From: Candidatus Micrarchaeota archaeon
Lineage (GTDB): Archaea; Micrarchaeota; Micrarchaeia; Micrarchaeales; Micrarchaeaceae
Reading direction: 5' to 3'
DNA: 30,570 nt
Assembly (NCBI GenBank): GCA_964521995.1
Contig: CAZFUA010000001.1
Location: 1 to 30,570, forward strand
A program made the translations under genes and the position numbers. Positions 16,157-25,491 of the stretch are shown here, piece by piece. Within the stretch, counting starts at the first letter, position 1; every line of letters begins with the position of its first letter. The notes under the pieces are model-generated. The model saw nothing but the letters and a program-made list of their open reading frames with translations. It did no database searches and was not told the origin of the DNA.

Positions 16157-17785
16157 TTATTTTCCGGTTATGGATATGCTCTGCTCCCTCATGAACTGCT
16201 GCAGGTAGAACCTGCTCCCAGTACCCTTTCCAGTAAGGGCGCTGCCCTTCCATCCAACAAACGTGTGCAGCCCCACTATCGCGCCCGTCGTCGCGCTCAT
16301 TCCCCTGTTTATGTAAACTACCCCCGCCTGTATGTTGTCCCTGAATTTCCTTATCTCCTTGCCGTTCCTGCTGTAGAACCCCGCGGTAAGGCCGTATTCG
16401 GTGTCATTGGCAAGCATTATCGCATCATCGATATCGGTGAATCCCTCTATAGTAAGTATTGGAAGGAACAGCTCCTTGTGCACCAGCTCATTGTCATGCT
16501 TTGATTCTATTATAGTAGGTTCTACGTAGAAGCCGTTCATAATTCCGGTTTTTACTATGTCGCCGCCATAAAGTATCCTCGCAGAGGTTTTTGCTTTTCC
16601 GATCATTTCACCGTACCTCCTGAATGCGCTTTCGCTTATCAGAGGACCTATATATATATCCTTTTCCAGAGGGTTTCCTATCTTCATTTCCCTTACCCTG
16701 CTTATCAGCTTGCTCACGAATTCTTCCCTTATGGATTCGTGAACGTATACCCTAGATAGCGCGCTGCATTTCTGGCCCGCGAACCCGAAGGCTGCGCTGG
16801 CAACCCCAGACACTGCCTGGTTTATGTCAGCATTTTTTGTGATTATTGCTGGGTTTTTGCCGCCCATTTCCACTATGAATACCTTTTGCTTTCCGGAGCT
16901 GAAACACCGTGATATCATTGACATTCCTGTCATCCTAGATCCGGTAAATGCTATGCCAGATACTCCGTCGTTCATAACAAGCTCGTCCCCTATGACAGAG
17001 CCAGGCCCTGTGATATAGTTGAACACGCCATCAGGTAACCCTGCTTCTTTGAGAATTTCGTAAATCTTCAATCCTGTAAGCATTGTCATGTTGTCTGTAG
17101 AAGAGGGCTTGAAAACCACCGTATTTCCAGTTATTAGTGCTCCAGTGTTCATCCCTGTTGATATGGATATAGGAAAGTTGAATGGGGCTATTACGCCGAA
17201 TACCCCGTATGGCTTAAGTGCAATAGTCACTTTTTCCGCATCAGAAGGAGCACCTTGGAACCCTGATTCCGAAATGGTTGAGCTGCTGTCCGACCGCGTC
17301 TTCCTTATATAGCCCTTGTTGACCTCAAGTTCGTCGGAATAATAGCGCATAAAGTCTATGGCTTCGTCCACCTCGCCTATTGATTCATACCTTGTCTTTC
17401 CGTTTTCCAGGCTTAGCACTGCAGATATCTCGAATTTCCTTTTTGAAAGTATGTAAGCTGCATTCCTGAATATAGCTACGCGCTTTTTGTAATCCGTACA
17501 AGACCACGACTTGAATGCGTTTTGTGCGGCCTCTATCGCAAGCTGTGCATGCTCTTTGGTGCCTTTTTGGAATTTCCCTATTGCTGTCCCGTCTATTGGG
17601 GATCTTTCCTCAAGCACTTCTGTCGAGTATATCTCTTTGCCATTTATATACATTGGATGCCTGGACCCTAATGTCATTTTTGCGGTCTCAACGGCGTCAT
17701 CGAAAAGCTTGTCGAATTCCTGCTCCCTGCCGCTTGCAAGGTAACTTTCATAGGTAGATTCATTAGTAAACTTGTTCTTTGCCAT
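16157..17785 (-). CDS. Aldehyde dehydrogenase, probable L-glutamate gamma-semialdehyde (P5C) dehydrogenase
   Basis: KFTNE N-terminus, E.GEVDEAIDF..YY, IAPFNFP, GNTVVFKPS, FTGS, EMGGKN, FGFAGQKCSA (catalytic Cys), ELFLP, YGLT and F.GWKGS. Confidence 0.88.
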   Translation of the reverse strand: MAKNKFTNESTYESYLASGREQEFDKLFDDAVETAKMTLGSRHPMYINGKEIYSTEVLEERSPIDGTAIGKFQKGTKEHAQLAIEAAQNAFKSWSCTDYKKRVAIFRNAAYILSKRKFEISAVLSLENGKTRYESIGEVDEAIDFMRYYSDELEVNKGYIRKTRSDSSSTISESGFQGAPSDAEKVTIALKPYGVFGVIAPFNFPISISTGMNTGALITGNTVVFKPSSTDNMTMLTGLKIYEILKEAGLPDGVFNYITGPGSVIGDELVMNDGVSGIAFTGSRMTGMSMISRCFSSGKQKVFIVEMGGKNPAIITKNADINQAVSGVASAAFGFAGQKCSALSRVYVHESIREEFVSKLISRVREMKIGNPLEKDIYIGPLISESAFRRYGEMIGKAKTSARILYGGDIVKTGIMNGFYVEPTIIESKHDNELVHKELFLPILTIEGFTDIDDAIMLANDTEYGLTAGFYSRNGKEIRKFRDNIQAGVVYINRGMSATTGAIVGLHTFVGWKGSALTGKGTGSRFYLQQFMREQSISITGK

Positions 17786-18020
17786 GTAAATCACTTTTCA
17801 AAATAAGCGGACTACTTTCTCTGTTAATGTATTTATCCTTATTGGAATTCGCATGCTTTTCTGTTAAACCGTATCTTTTGTAAAGCCAACTTTGTACATT
17901 GCAAAAGATACCACATGCAAACTAGGGTGTTTCCAATCAGCCAACCATTATCGGTTATATGCAATTCTTGTATTTCTGTTATTGGTCTGTTGCGTAAAGT
18001 TTAAATACTTTGAAAAAACT

Positions 18021-18037
18021 TTATAACTGAGTTATAA
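18021..18037. promoter_or_regulatory. Perfect palindrome TTATAAC-TGA-GTTATAA overlapping the putative sufB TATA box; candidate operator
   Basis: 7-bp perfect arms with a 3-bp spacer, ending 12 nt before the sufB ATG at 18050. Confidence 0.55.
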
Positions 18038-18049
18038 TATTGTGATGTC

Positions 18050-20644
18050 ATGCCAGATTCGAATCTAGGTGCAGAAAGCGTAGTCGTTGGAGAGGAGGAG
18101 TACAAGAGGGCATACGGATTCAATGATACTTTCGAGTATAAATTCAAGACAAAGAAAGGTATTTCTGAGGATGTCGTAAGGGAGATATCGGCAATGAAGG
18201 GTGAGCCTGAGTGGATGCTGGAGAAGAGGTTAGTAGGGTACAAGCAGTTCATTAGCAAACCTACTCCCCAATGGGGGGGCAACCTGAACGACATAGACTA
18301 CAATGACATTTACTATTACCTGAAGCCGACGGACAAGAAGGGAAATACATGGGAATCGGTCCCAAAGGAGATAAAGGACACATTCGACAAGCTCGGCATA
18401 CCAGAAGCAGAAAGGAAGTTTTTTGCAGGTGCAGAGGCGCAGTACGACTCTGAGGTTGTATATTCGCACATAAGAGAGGACCTTGCAAAAGACGGAGTCA
18501 TATTCACCAGTACTGACGAGGCTGTAAAGAAATATCCCGAACTTATGAAGAAATACTTCGGCACCGTAATACCACCAACGGACAACAAGTTTGCGGCGCT
18601 GAATACTGCAGTGTGGTCTGGAGGTTCGTTCATATACCTACCAAAGGGCGTTAAGATGAAGATGCCGCTTCAGGCTTATTTCAGGATAAATGCCGAGAAA
18701 GCGGGACAGTTTGAGAGAACGCTAATCATAGCAGAGGAGGGCGCGGACGTAACGTATATTGAAGGCTGTTTTGTTGCAGGTACTAAAGTAATTACTAAGA
18801 ATGGTGAAATAAATATTGAGGATATAAATGTCGGGGAGGAGGTTTTAACGCATGATGGCACTTACAAGAGGGTATACCACACTCAAGTAAGACCGCACAC
18901 TGGTGCCTTATACGTGATAACTTACTTTGGGGATTCGACATGTACGATACAAACTACAGATGAGCACCCGTTTCTTGTTTCAAAGAGATCGAGAGAAGAA
19001 TACAAAAATACAAATTGGAGTACTGAATGGGTCAAGGCAAAGGACTTAAGAAGGCATGATTATATAGCGATACCTATAGACAGAACAGTAAAGTCAAATA
19101 ATAAGAAGAGTTTTATTATAAATTCAAAAAGAAGATGGTCTACAGTAAGTACTATTCTTGATATACAAACAGATAAGGATTTCTTCAGGCTTATAGGCTA
19201 TTATCTGTCAGAGGGTGGTATAATGAATGGGCATTATTTATCGTTTACTTTTAATAAGGACGGAACAGAATTCATTGAAGATGCTGTAATTTTGCTTGAA
19301 CGATATTTTAACAAAAAGCCCATAATCCAAAAAGAATACAATAATAGTATAAGTGTAATCTTATGCTCTACGATTGCTGCAACGTTCTTTGCAGAGCAGT
19401 TTGGAAATGGTGCGTTTCTTAAGCATGTACCAAAATGGGCAATGCTTGAAGATTCATTAAAGCAAGCAGAATTGATAAAAGGATTCTGGCGGGGAGATGG
19501 TAGCTTTATGTATAAGCAGTATGCCTGGGGGAAGAAAAGGATGTTCCGTATAAACACAATATCTAAGCGTCTTGCTGTGCAAATTAGGGATATGCTTCTA
19601 AGATGTAATATATTCAGTTCTATAAACAAGGCAACTAGACAAGGAAACAGGCATACAATGTATGTAATATATGTTGGTGGTGAGTATCTACAGCAGTTTG
19701 CATCTTTAATTGATTTCAAGATAATAATAAAGACAGGTACAAGTAGGTACGAATACCTTCAAATGCTCAATTTGCTTGGCACTCAAAAACTTGTTTCTTA
19801 TGCTAAGATAACAGAAAATTATGCATTTGTACCAATAAAAAGTATAAACAGTAAACAGGTAAGTAATCTTCCTGTCTACAATTTCAGCGTAGAAGAAAAT
19901 GAAAGTTATGTTGCAGAAAATATCGTAGTACATAACTGCACCGCTCCGATATATATGAGCTCGTCATTGCATTCCGCAGTAGTTGAACTTGTAGCGCACA
20001 AGAACGCACACATAAGGTATGTGACAATTCAGAACTGGTCCAAGAATGTTTACAACCTCGTCACTCAAAGAGCATTTGCCTATGAGAATGCGCATGTTGA
20101 ATGGATCGATGGCAACATAGGAAGCAAGCTTAACATGAAGTATCCGTCAGTATTCCTGAAGGAGAGGGGTGCAAGAGGAGAAATAATGTCAATTGCAGTT
20201 GCGGGCCCGAAACAGGTGCAGGACTCTGGGGGGAAGATATACCATCTTGCGCCGGACACCACTTCTCAGATAATATCGAAGAGCGTCTCCTCAGGTGACG
20301 GCGTCACGACATATCGCGGTTTGCTGCACATAGGCAAGAACGCCTCAAATGTGAAGTCAACAGTAAGGTGTGATGCACTGTTGCTTGATGAAGAATCCAA
20401 GACGAACACCTATCCATATATGGAAGTAAATAGGGATGACGCTACAATAACGCACGAGGCAAGCACCGGGAAGGTGGGCGAGGAACAATTATTCTATTTA
20501 ATGTCCAGGGGGCTGAGCGAAGAGGAGGCGCTCACTACAGTTGTATTGGGATTCCTTGATCCGCTCGCTAGGGCATTACCGCTTGAATATTCGCTTGAGT
20601 TAAGACGGCTTATCAAACTTGATATGTCGAATTCTGTAGGGTGA
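18050..20644 (+). CDS. sufB: Fe-S cluster assembly protein SufB containing an intein (864-aa precursor, 474-aa extein)
   Basis: LGIPEAERKF.AGA.AQYDSEVVY, FAALN.AVWSGGSF, GQFERTLI, YIEG|intein|CTAP, LH.AVVEL, QNWS.NVYNLVT.RA and HEAS.GKV.EEQLFYLMSRG. Confidence 0.97.
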   Translation: MPDSNLGAESVVVGEEEYKRAYGFNDTFEYKFKTKKGISEDVVREISAMKGEPEWMLEKRLVGYKQFISKPTPQWGGNLNDIDYNDIYYYLKPTDKKGNTWESVPKEIKDTFDKLGIPEAERKFFAGAEAQYDSEVVYSHIREDLAKDGVIFTSTDEAVKKYPELMKKYFGTVIPPTDNKFAALNTAVWSGGSFIYLPKGVKMKMPLQAYFRINAEKAGQFERTLIIAEEGADVTYIEGCFVAGTKVITKNGEINIEDINVGEEVLTHDGTYKRVYHTQVRPHTGALYVITYFGDSTCTIQTTDEHPFLVSKRSREEYKNTNWSTEWVKAKDLRRHDYIAIPIDRTVKSNNKKSFIINSKRRWSTVSTILDIQTDKDFFRLIGYYLSEGGIMNGHYLSFTFNKDGTEFIEDAVILLERYFNKKPIIQKEYNNSISVILCSTIAATFFAEQFGNGAFLKHVPKWAMLEDSLKQAELIKGFWRGDGSFMYKQYAWGKKRMFRINTISKRLAVQIRDMLLRCNIFSSINKATRQGNRHTMYVIYVGGEYLQQFASLIDFKIIIKTGTSRYEYLQMLNLLGTQKLVSYAKITENYAFVPIKSINSKQVSNLPVYNFSVEENESYVAENIVVHNCTAPIYMSSSLHSAVVELVAHKNAHIRYVTIQNWSKNVYNLVTQRAFAYENAHVEWIDGNIGSKLNMKYPSVFLKERGARGEIMSIAVAGPKQVQDSGGKIYHLAPDTTSQIISKSVSSGDGVTTYRGLLHIGKNASNVKSTVRCDALLLDEESKTNTYPYMEVNRDDATITHEASTGKVGEEQLFYLMSRGLSEEEALTTVVLGFLDPLARALPLEYSLELRRLIKLDMSNSVG
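18767..19936 (+). mobile_element. Intein with LAGLIDADG homing endonuclease (390 aa)
   Basis: Starts CFVAGTKV, block B TDEHPF, LAGLIDADG boxes LIGYYLSEGG and LIKGFWRGDGS, block F VYNFSVE, ends VVHN before Cys+1; AT-richer than the flanks. Confidence 0.96.
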
Positions 20645-20662
20645 ATTAGTTAGCACATTAAC

Positions 20663-21988
20663 TTGCACGTGTTTATTATGCACCACACAGGTGATGGATT
20701 GAAGAGTTATAAAGAGTTCATAGAAAATGCCATTAAAATGTATGAAAGTCTGCCACAGGAAACTAGCGAACTTTATAAGAGACATTATATAAACATACCC
20801 TTCGATCTGAAGAGTTTTGAAGCCAACAAGGATATGGCAACCAATGGCAGTGCCTTAAAGAGTTTGGGCGGCGAATGGATAGGTAAGACAGGCATAAAGT
20901 TTGATATGGCTCTTGGGAGCTCAGACTTCCTTGCGCAGGGCAATGAATTTATAAGAATTGAAAAGGCTGGAGATTCAGTTGTAGGTGGGGGATTGCACAG
21001 TAACAGCGAGGACAAGTATATAGCCTACATAAATGCGAAGGCCGAAAGGTATGTTATAATAGACGTGCCTGATGGGAAGTCTGCGGATATAAATATGCTA
21101 ATGCTCAACTCAAACAGACCGCTCAACGCCAAGATAATTATAAGAGCGGGTAAAAATGCAAAGTTAAACCTGTTCGAATACTACGGATCGGCTACCGATG
21201 CACCTACCTCGCTGGCCACCATACACGAGATTTATTCGGAAGAGGGATCGGATATCGAGCTTAACGCCCTGCACAATGAGGATCGTAACACATTGGGCTT
21301 GTCGTTCTGCAAAAACAGAACGGGGGAAAATTCGCACATTAGGATAAACTCTGTCTACAATGGTGCCGCTTATACAAGGGCAAGAAGTACGATAGAGGCA
21401 GACAAGACAAGAAGCAGAGTAGATGTAACTGAGGTTGTGTTTGGATCCGGGCCCCAAAGATTCGATATTGAAACCCATATAGTCAATGTAGCGCCGTACA
21501 CGAACGCAAGCCTCGAATCCAAGGCAGCGCTTACGGATACGTCTTTTTGCATACTCAAGGGTTTTGCGAAGCTGAAAAAGGGTGCGGAGAAGGCCAGATC
21601 CTACGTGCATGAAAGGGGAATACTGCTTGACAAAGGCGCGAAGATAGACGGGCTTCCCGATATGTCGGTAGACGAGAACGACGTAAAGGCCACTCATTCT
21701 TCGGCAACCGCACCGGTGGATCCCGAGTCCGTTTTCTATTTGATGTCGAAGGGCATAGACGAAATAGGAGTAAGGAGGCTTCTCGTTACAGGATTCTTCG
21801 CGAGCTGCCTGTCAAAATTCCATAACGACATAATGAAGGGATTGTCAATGTCATTAATAAACAGCAAACTGCAAGACAAAATTTATGGTGCCATACCCAA
21901 CATGGACATGAGGAACATGTGGATTGGGATATCCGATTCAGCGGATATTGACATGTTTAAGGGCCATTATAAATATAGGAAATCTTAG
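20663..21988 (+). CDS. sufD: SufD-like Fe-S assembly protein
   Basis: Beta-helix SufB/D-type C-terminal half: LLD.GAK.DGLPDM.VDE.DVKATH.SAT..VD.E..FYLMSKG. Start uncertain (TTG 20663 or ATG 20678). Confidence 0.88.
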   Translation: MHVFIMHHTGDGLKSYKEFIENAIKMYESLPQETSELYKRHYINIPFDLKSFEANKDMATNGSALKSLGGEWIGKTGIKFDMALGSSDFLAQGNEFIRIEKAGDSVVGGGLHSNSEDKYIAYINAKAERYVIIDVPDGKSADINMLMLNSNRPLNAKIIIRAGKNAKLNLFEYYGSATDAPTSLATIHEIYSEEGSDIELNALHNEDRNTLGLSFCKNRTGENSHIRINSVYNGAAYTRARSTIEADKTRSRVDVTEVVFGSGPQRFDIETHIVNVAPYTNASLESKAALTDTSFCILKGFAKLKKGAEKARSYVHERGILLDKGAKIDGLPDMSVDENDVKATHSSATAPVDPESVFYLMSKGIDEIGVRRLLVTGFFASCLSKFHNDIMKGLSMSLINSKLQDKIYGAIPNMDMRNMWIGISDSADIDMFKGHYKYRKS

Positions 21989-21997
21989 GTAGTGAAT

Positions 21998-22309
21998 ATG
22001 GTTACAAACTACGAGAGGGTGATGAAGTTCTTTATCCCTGCATTCAGGTTGAAGGCTGCCAAGATGATGGTAAATGAATACGGGATAAGGCAACAGCAAG
22101 CTGCGGTCATGCTTGGTACGACGCAGGCCGCGATAAGCAAGTATCTGAGCGGCAATTCGGACAAATTTAGGGATGTTAACATCGATGAGAACTCATTGAA
22201 GATGTTTGTAGAGAAAATGAATTCAAAGGATGAGGAAAATGCACAAAGGATAATGTGCACGATGTGCCAGAGCAACAAGAAATTCAATTGTACGTTTATA
22301 GTCAGATAG
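21998..22309 (+). CDS. HTH transcriptional regulator (COG2522-like) with C-terminal Cys cluster
   Basis: FIPAFR...AK.MV.EYG.RQQQAA.MLGTTQAAISKYLSG helix-turn-helix; tail CTMCQSNKKFNC. Confidence 0.85.
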   Translation: MVTNYERVMKFFIPAFRLKAAKMMVNEYGIRQQQAAVMLGTTQAAISKYLSGNSDKFRDVNIDENSLKMFVEKMNSKDEENAQRIMCTMCQSNKKFNCTFIVR

Positions 22310-22316
22310 TGATTTG

Positions 22317-23051
22317 ATGATATTGGAAATAAAGGACCTGAACGTCAATGTTGAGGGAAAACACATAATAAAGGGAATAAATCTGAACGTAAAGCAGGGA
22401 GAAACGCATGTAATAATGGGCCCGAATGGGTCTGGGAAAAGCACACTTGCAAGAACCATAATGGGGCATCCGAAATCCGTAGTTACAGGAGGAGATATAC
22501 TTGTCGACGGAAATAGCATATTGGGCATGACCGCCGACAAAAGGGCAAAACTCGGGCTCTTTTTGCAGTTTCAGAACCCCGTGGAGGTTGAGGGTGTTGG
22601 ATTTATAAACTTCCTTCACCTGGCAAGGCAGTCTTACGGGGAAACCGCACAAAGCACAAAGGAGTTCATGAAGGATATAAAGGCAAACATAAACGAACTC
22701 AAAATGGGCGAGGATTTTCTGGGCAGGTCCCTCAATCAAGGATTTTCAGGTGGGGAGAAGAAAAAGGCGGAGGTGCTTCAGCTGTCAATACTTAAACCAA
22801 AGATAGCAATCCTTGACGAACCAGATTCAGGGTTGGACATAGATGCAATAAGGACCGTGTCCGAGGCCGTGAACAACATATCGAGCAAAAGCAACATGGG
22901 GCTTCTGATAATCACGCACTACAGCAGGATACTTTCCTACATAAAACCACAGTTTGTACATGTAATGGCAGATGGCAGGATAGTCGATGAGGGAGGACAG
23001 GAACTTATAGAAAAGCTTGAAAAGGATGGATACGATTCCTACTTGAAGTAG
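22317..23051 (+). CDS. sufC: Fe-S cluster assembly ATPase SufC
   Basis: GPNGSGKST, FLQFQ.PVE..GV, R.LN.GFSGGEKKK.E, LDEPDSGLD.DA and ITHY.RIL.YIKP.FVH. Confidence 0.97.
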   Translation: MILEIKDLNVNVEGKHIIKGINLNVKQGETHVIMGPNGSGKSTLARTIMGHPKSVVTGGDILVDGNSILGMTADKRAKLGLFLQFQNPVEVEGVGFINFLHLARQSYGETAQSTKEFMKDIKANINELKMGEDFLGRSLNQGFSGGEKKKAEVLQLSILKPKIAILDEPDSGLDIDAIRTVSEAVNNISSKSNMGLLIITHYSRILSYIKPQFVHVMADGRIVDEGGQELIEKLEKDGYDSYLK

Positions 23052-23073
23052 GGCTTTTATTTCAGAAGATATT

Positions 23074-24339
23074 ATGGTGGCCCATGTGCAAGAGCTTGGA
23101 TTCGATGTGAACTCCATAAGGAGAGATTTTCCCATTATGGAAACCAGCATGAATGGCAAGCGGCTAGTATACCTGGACAATGCAGCCACATCGCAGAAAC
23201 CAAAGCAGGTACTGGATGCGATTGATGATTACTACAGGAATTACAACGCGAACATACATCGAGGCATATACAAAATAGCTGAAAAGGCCACAGAAAAGTA
23301 TGTAGAATCAAAGGTCAAAGTTGCAGAACTGATAAATGCGTCCTCGATGCGGGAAATCGTGTACGTGAGGAACACAACCGAAGCCATAAACATTGTGGCG
23401 TTGTCGTGGGGCGAGGATAATATAGGCAAGGGTGACCATATACTTATATCAGAGATGGAGCACCACAGCAATATGGTGCCGTGGATGCTGCTTGCAAAAA
23501 GGAAAGGGGCGGTGCTGGACTACATAAACGTGGATGTAAACACGTACAAACTCGACATGGACAGCCTTGACGACATGCTTGGGAAAAACCCGAAAATAGT
23601 CGCAGTAACACAGGCATCGAATGTGCTCGGAACGATAAATGACGTGAAAGACATAGCCAAAAAAGCGCATAGGCAAGGTGCGGTAGTGCTCGTAGACGGC
23701 GCACAGTCAACTCCGCATATGAGCGTGGATGTAAAGGATATTGGTTCTGACTTCTACGCCTTTTCCGCGCACAAGATGCTCGGACCCACAGGGATAGGGG
23801 TACTGCAGGCACGGGAGGAGCTTTTAAACAGCATGGAGCCGGTATTTGGGGGAGGTGACATGATAAAAAGCGTAAGATATGATTCTTACTCGTGGAACGA
23901 CCTGCCATGGAAATTTGAGGCTGGAACACCGGATATATCAGGAGCCATAGGCTTCAGCGCCGCAATAGATTATCTCAATAAAATAGGGATGGAAAACATA
24001 AGAAACCACGAGAAAAGGCTTGCAGAATACGCATTGGATAGGTTGTCAGGCATAAATGAGGTTACAGTTTACGGACCTGATAAAAAGGACATTGAGGGCA
24101 GGGCGGGCGTTGTTTCGTTCAGTATAGACAAAGTGCATTCACATGATGTGGCGCAGATATTTGATTCGGAGGGAATAGCCATAAGGGCAGGCCATCACTG
24201 CGCGATGCCTTTGGTGACCCAAAAGTTAGGCATTTCCGCATTGTCGAGAATGAGCTTTTACATATACAACAAGGAATCAGAAATAGATGCCGCGGCAGTG
24301 GCAATAGACAAAGTGAAGAAAATATTTAAGGTAGGATGA
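23074..24339 (+). CDS. sufS: Group II cysteine desulfurase SufS
   Basis: YLDNAATSQKP, NIHRG, MEHHSN.VPW, DGAQS.PH, FSAHKM.GPTG (PLP Lys), EAGTP and RAGHHCA (catalytic Cys). Confidence 0.97.
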   Translation: MVAHVQELGFDVNSIRRDFPIMETSMNGKRLVYLDNAATSQKPKQVLDAIDDYYRNYNANIHRGIYKIAEKATEKYVESKVKVAELINASSMREIVYVRNTTEAINIVALSWGEDNIGKGDHILISEMEHHSNMVPWMLLAKRKGAVLDYINVDVNTYKLDMDSLDDMLGKNPKIVAVTQASNVLGTINDVKDIAKKAHRQGAVVLVDGAQSTPHMSVDVKDIGSDFYAFSAHKMLGPTGIGVLQAREELLNSMEPVFGGGDMIKSVRYDSYSWNDLPWKFEAGTPDISGAIGFSAAIDYLNKIGMENIRNHEKRLAEYALDRLSGINEVTVYGPDKKDIEGRAGVVSFSIDKVHSHDVAQIFDSEGIAIRAGHHCAMPLVTQKLGISALSRMSFYIYNKESEIDAAAVAIDKVKKIFKVG

Positions 24340-24343
24340 TATT

Positions 24344-24748
24344 TTGCCGATAGATATTTATGCAGAGGAGATAATAGCGCACTATGAAAAACCGCACAAC
24401 AAAGGGGAGATAAGCGATCCAAGCACCAGCATGCACGAGAACAATCCACTGTGCGGAGATGACATAACTGTTTATCTTAACATAAAGGACAATATTATAA
24501 CTGATGTAAAATTCGACGGTTCAGGATGTGCAATAAGCATGGCCTCCGCAAGCATGCTTACGGACTTCATAAAAGGGAAAAGCCTTAGTGACATAGAAGA
24601 GACGGGGCTGAAAACGATAATAGATCTTTTAGGGATAGATCCAGGTCCTGCAAGATTGAAGTGCGCGACCTTGTCTTTGAAAACAGTGAAGGAGGCATGC
24701 TTCAGGTACCAGCACAAGAACGTGGATAAGGACACGAAGGACTTATAG
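24344..24748 (+). CDS. sufU: SufU/IscU-like sulfur-transfer or scaffold protein
   Basis: HYEKPHNKG, NPLCGD, GCAIS.AS.S and RLKCA (three Cys plus Asp); TTG start. Confidence 0.93.
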   Translation: MPIDIYAEEIIAHYEKPHNKGEISDPSTSMHENNPLCGDDITVYLNIKDNIITDVKFDGSGCAISMASASMLTDFIKGKSLSDIEETGLKTIIDLLGIDPGPARLKCATLSLKTVKEACFRYQHKNVDKDTKDL

Positions 24749-25462
24749 CTGCTTTATTTTTATTTCCATCCTCTTCCTTTTAGAGCCCTTGTTCTCAAAG
24801 TTCGACAATTCGATGGTTCCGACTTCCTTTGTATTCAACACATGGGTACCACCGTCAAGCTGCATGTCGAAATCCATTATTTCCACGACCCTGAACGATG
24901 AGAGTTTTTCCATCAGTTCGTTCCCCGGAAGGGTCCTTGCCAGGTTCGGTATTGACACTGCTTCTTCCTTAGTCAGAATTTTCGAAACAACATCCAAGTT
25001 CTTATCTATGATCTGCTGCGATTCCTCTACGATTTCAAGTGCAAGTTTCCTGTCAAGAGATTTTAGATCAAAATCAAACCGAGACCGATCGGTATATATC
25101 TGCCCACCCGTGAACATTGCACCGTATTTTGCTGTTGCCAAACCCCCAACAACATGGGTCGCGGTATGATAACGCATGTGTGCGTATCTCCTGTCCCAAT
25201 CTATCTTGCAGCGAACAGTATCCCCATCGTAAAAATCGGGTTGTTTATCCAGGAAGTGGACTATAGAGTCCTCCAATTTTTTAACATCCGTTACGTTATA
25301 TGCACTTCCATTTACTGTTATGGTTCCGGTGTCGCATGGTTGGCCGCCGCCAGTAGGATAAAATATGGTCTTATCAAGTTCTATGCCATTAGACAGTGTT
25401 GCAGTGACTACAGAATCAAGTTCTTTTTTGTATGCGTCAAGCCAGTATACTTTTTCGACCAT
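24743..25462 (-). CDS. alaX: AlaX (AlaXp) trans-editing protein
   Basis: LDKTIFYPTGGGQP.D.G, IDWDRRY.HMRYHTATH and QLDGGTHV.NT.EVG; ATG 25462 chosen as start. Confidence 0.9.
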   Translation of the reverse strand: MVEKVYWLDAYKKELDSVVTATLSNGIELDKTIFYPTGGGQPCDTGTITVNGSAYNVTDVKKLEDSIVHFLDKQPDFYDGDTVRCKIDWDRRYAHMRYHTATHVVGGLATAKYGAMFTGGQIYTDRSRFDFDLKSLDRKLALEIVEESQQIIDKNLDVVSKILTKEEAVSIPNLARTLPGNELMEKLSSFRVVEIMDFDMQLDGGTHVLNTKEVGTIELSNFENKGSKRKRMEIKIKQL

Positions 25463-25491
25463 AAAAATACCCAAACAATATGGACAAATGC

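Noticed and set aside
16125-16253. N-terminal extension of the DUF192 ORF
   Set aside because: It overlaps the P5C dehydrogenase 3' end; the conserved domain begins after ATG 16124.
24835-24870. AlaX Zn motif reads DGGTH rather than CGGTH
   Set aside because: I recall Asp at this position in many archaeal and bacterial AlaX proteins, so it is probably a known variant; an alignment would confirm.
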